Shown: positions 55,952 through 64,000 of the stretch, in pieces | How positions within the stretch are numbered: the first letter of the stretch is position 1 | Layout: each line of letters opens with the position of its first letter | Translations under genes and position numbers: made by a program | Notes under the pieces: generated by a model | Databases searched by the model: none | What the model saw: only the letters and a program-made list of their open reading frames with translations | What the model was told of the DNA's origin: nothing | Assembly (NCBI GenBank): GCA_051294375.1 | Contig: CM119265.1 | Location: 16,953,172 to 17,017,171, forward strand | From: Paraspadella gotoi | Lineage: Eukaryota > Animalia > Chaetognatha | Direction: 5' to 3' | Length of the DNA: 64,000 bases

Positions 55952-57580
55952 GTCCAAATATAAGGCAGAATAACTTTAGCTAGTACATGAAGTCATTTTA
56001 GTTTTCCCCGTTGTCTTCTGAACAAGATCATTCCTCAATAGTTAATGTCGCCATTGTTTTTCGATTCGACGATAGAGCCCTTTTTTCTCTTTTATTTTTC
56101 GCAGAACTTCTTATCCCATTCCACTTCTCTTCCCCTCTCCCCATCTCTTAAATTGATGTCTTTCCGAAGTAGCAGTAAAAACAAGTTAAAGAAATGGGAA
56201 AGGCAAACACCATAAAGGAAATGGGATGTCGTCGTAAGAGTAATAACATCACATAACAAAGGTAAATGAGCGTCGACGGGGACTAGGAGCGGGACAGTTA
56301 AATGCCAACCCATCTAAATCAAGAGAATAACAATGGCTTACCGGGCGCCTATCGTAAGCGATCCTCTCTTTAACGATGATAACGGTCCTTCGCTTCTTCG
56401 CTATCTAAATTTAGTTTCCATTGCTATCGCTATCTCCAAAAGCTCCGTCGGCGTCGCGGAGCTCGCTCGAGAAATTTCGGCGTTTAAAAACAACGACGCC
56501 GCCGTTCGCTGCGAGCACCGAGCCGGCCGAAATGGGCTTGCCATCATTTCCAAAATTCTTTCTCCGCCACTCTTCCCCCCGTTCGATTAAACTATTAAAT
56601 TCCGCTTCTCTAACGAGAAAATACTTTTCACGTTTAATTGGGACGGAGAATGAATCTTTTCTGTAATGCAATGGGCAATACTGCTTCTTCACTTCCGACG
56701 ACATTCCGAAGGACTTCAAGGAAATTTCGGAAATTCACGATTTCACGAAAAGATCGGAGAGTTTTATAATCTACGGCGATCAACTGGAGAACAAAAGTCG
56801 CCCGAAAGCACGTAGTAGCAACGACTCGAGGGAAATTGTGGCACTTTTATCGCGTGTTTGACAAAGACTAGGAGATCTAAAGAGTATTTTATTTTCTTTG
56901 TCTCTTATTTTTTTTCGCGATTACGTAAGAAATTCTCAATCTTACGACACTTCGAAGGGGGTGGAATTCGGAAAATAACTAATGCTTGAGGCATTCGCAG
57001 GTATAAGTTAGGCCAGGGTAAACAAACAACAAAGCTTATCAGAATATTGCAAGTTGAACTCCGTATGTAAAACAAGTTATAAAATTTGCAAAAGTACTTG
57101 TTTTAGTATCTTTTACTTTTACTATCATTTTTTTATCTAATAAAAATTAATCAAAACTATAAAAAAGAAAAAGAAATAAAACAAAAGATTCGAAACTTGG
57201 GTACAGTATTCCTCGAACCGACAGACGGCGCATTTACCTGGTAATCGGGTTAGGGCAAAAGTCAAGTAATCAAACCTCGGTGCCGGTTGTGGGCGCACCG
57301 GGTTAACCGGACTTGATTAAACTAGGTGGATCTATAAAAGTTTTTAAAAATCAGAATTAATTCATTTCGTTCAAAACCGTTGGTTCAAACCGACAGCAGA
57401 CTGTAGCAACACTATCGTTCAAAGTAGACTTTACTATCAACATCGTTAATTAATTTCACTAATTTAATTTCATTAATTTCACTTAATTTAACAAATATAT
57501 TCATCTCAATGAGATTCTCATGCCCCTTTTATTAATACCCCCATTTCATTTCAAATACGCGCAGCATAAAATAGTAAACG

Positions 57581-58778
<1,198 letters not shown>

Positions 58779-58907
58779 ATTGAAGTGTCAGTTGAGAAAC
58801 TTCAGTATGATTTCTTTATTATAACTAAATCTTGCCGTTTTAATCACTTGAAATAGGAAATAATTGCAATCTAAACCCTCAAGAGCTTTTAAGCATTTTT
58901 TCGAAAC

Positions 58908-61900
58908 ATGCCTCGAGAAGTCGAATTTGTTTTGGGCACCTCCGAGATGGGAAAAAATCATTGCGTTGGAAACATTCCAAAAGAAATGTTAGAAACGTTT
59001 ATGAACCAGGGAAATCAAGAGATAGACACTGCTTTCATGTATTGCGACGGAAAAACGGAACAGATTTTAGGAGAAATTGACTCTTGGAAAGCTACGTGCC
59101 GTATTGCAACGAAAGTCAATCCTTGGAATGGCAAAGGTCTCGGTAGGTTTGTTGTAAAAACGAAATAGAACTAATTTAATGCTTGTTATCGTAGCAATCG
59201 CTTTGCGTTTGTGACGATCTCGTAACGCTTTTGCACATAAGTGGCGTCGTCGTCATCGGCGACGGCGTTCCAACTTATCGATCGTCTTTTTTTTTTTATC
59301 TCGCCAGACGGGCGAATGCCCGACTTGGGCGAGATATTAATTCGTTTCTGCTTTTTTCAATTAATTACTATTATATTAATAAATCAATTATTATTATATT
59401 AATCAATTAATTACTATTACATCAATCAATCACTATTTCATAGGAGCTGACGTCGTTCTTAGAGATCAAGGAAGATTTTTTTAATAAAGATTTTCATTCA
59501 AATCTGACTACCAAACAATATAAACACTCCTGAAAAAAATTCAGGTAAAAAATAGATGCAACAGGATTGGAATCTAGTGTTTTTACATCTCAAAGGCTCG
59601 CATTTTTTAAATTTTGTCAAATAACCATCATTTTGATATTAAACTATCAGATTCAAATGGATTCGTCTATTAGGGAATATATTTTTAACGTAATTTTTAT
59701 ATATAAAATAGCCATATGTCTGAAAAGCTTTCAAATTTTTTTTTTACATTTTATTTAGTTATTTTAATATGATACGATCATGGTAAAGTGAATTAGTCTA
59801 TTTTGGTAAAATTTTTATTTAAAATAACAAAATTTGATTTTATTTTTGCAACGAATTTTATTTTACAAGAGCAGACATGTTTCGGCTCACAATACGAGCC
59901 TTCATCAGCGCATATGAGTTGTGAACTTGATACAAGTTTATAGTTAAAGAAAAAGAGAGAGAGAGAGAGAGAGGGTTAAAGGTTTCCAACAAAGAATTGA
60001 GTAAGGACAGTGATCAGTGGTGAGGACAGATTTTTAGAAGTGGCTAGTTTAAATAAGTTTTGAAAAGAAGTAAAAATTGGTGAGAGAGAGAGAGAGAAAA
60101 ATAAATAAATAATTACATTTGAGCAATGTACAACATAGATAAAGATAATGGAAACTGTTTAATAACAAATTGAAATAAATTAATTTTTTGAAATTAAAAA
60201 GTTGAAAATTGAAATTGAGAAGTTGAAAATTGAGATTTTAGAGGGATAGATAAGTAAAGATTGTTGTGAAATATAAGAATTAAGAAGGAGCTAAAAATGA
60301 GCTGGGCCCCCCTGGTCTTATGAAGGAGGTATTGTTGACGGGGCCGGGTCATTGGCGCGTCATGGGTTGAGAGGATAATGGGATTGATCTCGTGTTGGCT
60401 GGCTCAGGTATTGTTCCCTGAGGAAACAAACCCAAGGCCACCCTTATATCCTTCTGGCCTGATGCGCCTGCCGGCGGCCCTCTTCTCACCTGACGGTGAG
60501 GTAGGCGGGTATCCACTTTTGCCACTTTAGTGACTGGGATGGTGGAATCCTCTTCTTCCTGTAGCCGTCGTTTGGGACAACGCCCAGACCTCAGAGAAAG
60601 AGGCCGAGTTGCTGCCGGAGATTCGGAGGTGTCAGGTGCCCATCGTTTAACCGAGGGTCTCCGCCTGACCCGTTGAGTAGGGATAGGGGAGTCATTGCCA
60701 TTTTGAGCCCATTTTGAGCTCCTTCTCAATTCTTATATTTCACTACAATCTTTACTTATCTATCCCTCTAAAATCTCAATTTTCAACTTCTCAATTTCAA
60801 TTTTCAACTTTTCAATTTCAAAAAATTAATTTATTTTAATTTGTTATTAAACAGTTTCCATTATCTTTATCTATATTGTACATTGTTCAAATATAATTAT
60901 TTATTTTTTTCTCTCTCTGTCTCTCTTACCAATTTTCACTTCTTTTCAAAACTTATTCAAACTAGCCATTTCTAAAAATCTGTCCTCACCACTGATCACT
61001 GTCCTTACTCAATTCTTTGTTGGAAACCTTTAACCCTCTCTCTCTCTCTCTTTTTCTTTAACTATAAACTTGTATCAAGTTCACAACTCATATGCGCTGA
61101 TGAAGGCTCGTATTGTGAGCCGAAACATGTCTGCTCTTGTAAAATAAAATTTGTGGCAAAAATAAAATCAAACTTTGTTAATCTCTCAAACAACGAAAAA
61201 GAAAGGATAATTACCATGAATATTTAAAATAAAAATAAAAGAAAAAATAATCGGAATTCTAAAATCTAAAAATCTTTTATAACAAAAATCTTCCAAAAAA
61301 GAGGGTAGATTTTCCGAAGATTTTGGTTAATATTTTTTATATTTATGATCGGTTTTTTTTTAAATTTAACAATAGTAATATTGTTATCATTCTACATTAG
61401 CCAATAAAAGAATATATTTAAAAAATCTCTAGCTTTTTTATCAAAGCTTATTCCTATATTACATCAATAATTTATTATCGCATCAATCATTCGGTTTTTT
61501 TAAAAATTTTTTTATTAATTTTTTTTTATAACGTAGGAACTGACGTCATTCTTAAAAATCGAAAAATATTTTTTTAATAAAGATTTTCGTTCAAATCTGA
61601 TTACCAAATAATATAAACAACCCTGAAAAAAAAATAGTAAAAAAAAAGTAAAAAATAGATGTAAAAATATTTAATTCTGATCCTATTGCATCTAAAGAGC
61701 TTGTATTTTTTTTATAATTAACCATCATTTTGACATCAAACTATCAGATTTAAATAGATTGGTTTGTTTGGGAAAACATTTTCGACTCAATTTTTATATA
61801 TAAAATAAAAAGATTTTTTAACTTCAAAATAATATAAACATATTAAAAGTATGTTGTGATTTTACAATAAACTTCGAATTCAGGAATCTAATAGCCATAT

Positions 61901-63399
61901 GTCTAAAAAGCTTTCAAAAATTTTTTTTTATATTTTATTTGGTTATTTTAATATGATATGATCAATTATGATTATGGTAAAGTAAATTAGTCCATTTTGG
62001 TAAAATTTTTATTTAAAGTAAAAATAAAAGAGTTAACAATCGGAATTATTAAAGTTTTCAACCCGGAGTCAGATTTTAAAAAAATCTTCTATGGCAAAAA
62101 TCTTCCAAAGAAGGGGTATATTTTCCAAAGATTTTGGTTAATATTTTATATATTTATAGTCGGATTTTTTTAAAACTTAATAATAGCAATAATACCATTA
62201 TTCCATATTGGCCGGTATATAAAAAAAAATTTTAAATTTTTTCATCAGAGCTTAGTCCTAAGTAACGTCTGGCGAGATCACTATACTTAAGATTTTTTAT
62301 ATTTGAGGTCGAGAATCCGTTTTGTCACAATTTTCAACCTCGCTGAAGAATCTAAAAGTTGAAACTGTGGATATTCTTTATCTTCATGCCCCGGATCACG
62401 ATACACCACTCGAGGAAACTTTGGCAGCTGTTCAAGAGCTTTACAAGGATGGAAAATTCAAGGAATTCGGCTTGTCAAACTACTCTTCGTGGCTGGTGTC
62501 CGAAATAGTTAACATCTGCAAGAATCACCACTGGATTACTCCCACAATTTATCAGGTTTGGGGCCAACTGGAACCTTCCCAGTCGTTTCTTTTTTTACTC
62601 GCATATATCCTTACCATAATTTTTACTTTCGCCGGCCGGGGTTAGGGGGGGTTTAGGGTGGTTTTAAGAGTCTTTAAGTTTAAGGTTAGGATTAGGAGCG
62701 GTTGGGGTTAAGGGTAGTTTTTGAAAATTTTTGTATTCTTACCATTGTTACGAGTTACCAGTAAAATTTCTTTATATTGTTGCTTGTAAGAAACTGGGGG
62801 GGGGAAAATCACCGGCTGGAAAATCTTAAGCAATGAATGTAAAATTTCGCCAGGTTTGGCATAAATTATAGGAAGTCGTAATGTTATAGCGACGGGCAAC
62901 TTCTTTTTAGGGAATGTATAACGCCGTGACTCGTCACATTGAAGAATTGATTCCATGCCTACGTTATCACGGCATCAGATTATATACGTACAACCCGTTA
63001 GGGGGCGGAATTCTTACTGGAAAATACAAGTATGATCAAAAGGACAATGAAACAATTCCCGTGGGTCGGTTCAATGGTTGGCCATGGGCACAAGCTTATA
63101 GGGAGCGATACTGGAAGAAGGATCATTTCGATATAATGGAGCGGTTCGGAAACATACTCGGAAAAAATTATCCCAATGAAAACGTCGGGTGTTCCGAGGC
63201 CGCCTACCGCTGGTTAATACATCATTCTGCGCTGGAAGGAGAATTGGGCGATGCCATTATCGTGGGAAGTTCGCGCCTAGAACAACTGAGGACTAATTTG
63301 AGTTATGCGTCTAAAGGTCCTCTCAAACCAGAGGTCGTTACATTCTTTGAAGAATGGTGGAATGCAACCAGGCAGCACTCACCTTGTTACTATCGATAA
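58908..63399 (+). CDS. AKR7A: Aldo-keto reductase family 7, copy 2. Exons 58908-59142, 62308-62555, 62911-63399
   Basis: Same motifs (LGTSEMG, EIDTAFMYCDG, ATKVNPW, LYLHAPDH, YNPLGGG, PCYYR) and same intron positions and phases as copy 1. Exon 2 is 248 nt in both copies. Confidence 0.92.
59865..59922 (-). ncRNA. Type I minimal hammerhead ribozyme (minus-strand copy)
   Basis: Exact reverse complement of 61083-61140. Confidence 0.75.
61083..61140 (+). ncRNA. Type I minimal hammerhead ribozyme (plus-strand copy)
   Basis: GCG-CTGATGA-A-GGCTCG(TATTG)TGAGCC-GAAA-CATG-TC^-TGC: conserved core boxes, 5-6 bp stem II, minimal palindromic stem III (ACATGT), short stem I GCG/TGC plus ACAA/TTGT. Predicted cut after C61131. 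Confidence 0.78.
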
Positions 63400-63527
63400 A
63401 TTTTGATATATATAGGCTTTTGATCATCATTGTTGCAGTATTGTAACAGGATCCGGCATGTTCAAGGTGTTCGGACTTAGTAACGTTCTTGCGGGCACGT
63501 AACACTACAAGTATTAATTATATACAT

Positions 63528-63533
63528 AATAAA
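63528..63533 (+). terminator. Candidate polyadenylation signal of AKR copy 2
   Basis: AATAAA ~130 nt after the stop codon; unverified. Confidence 0.35.
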
Positions 63534-64000
63534 CAAAGGTTTATCACTTATCAGTGAAGTATTAACTAGTAAAATAACTGACAGCATTTAAACGTGATTA
63601 CATAACTACACAGGTACGAAACATTAGACCACAAGATGTGAATGATACCTCATCTAAATGTTTATTAAAATAACTATGTATTATATGATTTATACTGTAT
63701 TTATCTTCTGGCTATGGCACACCTTTTACATTAAATGGATATTTTTTGTATTGGTTAACTTGATTTCGACTTTGGACAGTGAATAACTCAAACTTGCATT
63801 GAACGAGAAAGACTCGACAGGATATCACTAAAACTCACTTTTTAAGTTAGAATTCTCGGAAAATTGTAAACGGCCAAATATTTTATTTCAAAAAAATCTA
63901 TCACAGATTTAGATTGTGACAAAACATTTCCAAAGATTTTTATTACAAAACACTTTATATAAATAAACTGGTTTAAGTTTTAATCTAGCAAAGTCAGTTT

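Larger units (their letters stand above)
59825..61220. mobile_element. Penelope-like element derivative: inverted ~475-bp arms (59825-60303 / 60706-61180), 402-bp spacer, 40-bp tail, 12-bp target-site duplication
   Basis: Arms are reverse complements with ~20 differences by eye, and each carries a hammerhead motif. tatttaaaataa is duplicated at 59816-59827 and 61221-61232 but occurs once at the matching site of the uninterrupted tandem unit (~62010). Confidence 0.75.
59415..62260. repeat. Two diverged AT-rich tandem units inside the HINE-like element (59415-61456, interrupted by an insertion; 61457-62260)
   Basis: Shared blocks in the same order: tattacatcaat, tagga.ctgacgtc, aaatctga.taccaaa, atagccatatgtct, attttggtaaaatttttatttaaa, aaaaatcttccaaa, agctta.tccta. 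Confidence 0.8.
59287..62298. mobile_element. Non-autonomous Helentron-associated (HINE/DINE-1-like) element in AKR copy 2 intron 1
   Basis: 5' T-run, 13-bp subterminal repeat ATCTCGCCAGACG (59298-59310), nearby partial inverted copy GGCGAGATA (59328-59336), exact inverted copy CGTCTGGCGAGAT (62266-62278), 3' T-run and internal tandem repeats. A clear 3' stem-loop is not evident. Confidence 0.6.

Noticed and set aside
56092-56830. Short ORFs on both strands between the EF-hand and AKR genes
   Set aside because: Possibly a promoter or 5' exon, but I could not build a consistent spliced frame or recognise a domain.
57202-57405. TACAGT...ACTGTA resembling Tc1/mariner MITE ends
   Set aside because: The inverted match does not extend beyond 6 bp.
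63425-63510. Possible terminal exon of a minus-strand gene
   Set aside because: Only a short frame after a tag acceptor, with no homology or upstream exon that I can support.

Overview
Eukaryotic (probably invertebrate animal) draft-assembly sequence with spliceosomal GT-AG introns, abundant (GA/CT)n microsatellites and nine N gaps. The first ~51 kb is mostly three error-laden copies of one ~13-15 kb block (upstream region, first coding exon, 7-kb intron and start of exon 2 of a zinc-finger gene), plus a tandem and an inverted copy of neighbouring sequence. The indel pattern and 25-N gaps suggest long-read gap-filling artefacts. Genes, all on +: (1) a ~855-aa C2H2 zinc-finger protein (44039-54177) with a PLDFS motif, two mutually exclusive 164-nt exons encoding alternative second fingers, and a C-terminus resembling the MORC3/4 tail; (2) an intronless divergent EF-hand protein; (3) two tandem AKR7-family aldo-keto reductases only 129 bp apart. 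The most notable find is a ~25-nt intronic element between the two alternative exons that can pair over the 5' splice site of either exon 4a (22 bp) or exon 4b (16 bp), a candidate RNA switch for exon choice. Intron 1 of the second AKR holds a Helentron/HINE-like element, into which a Penelope-type inverted-repeat element carrying two hammerhead ribozyme motifs has inserted.
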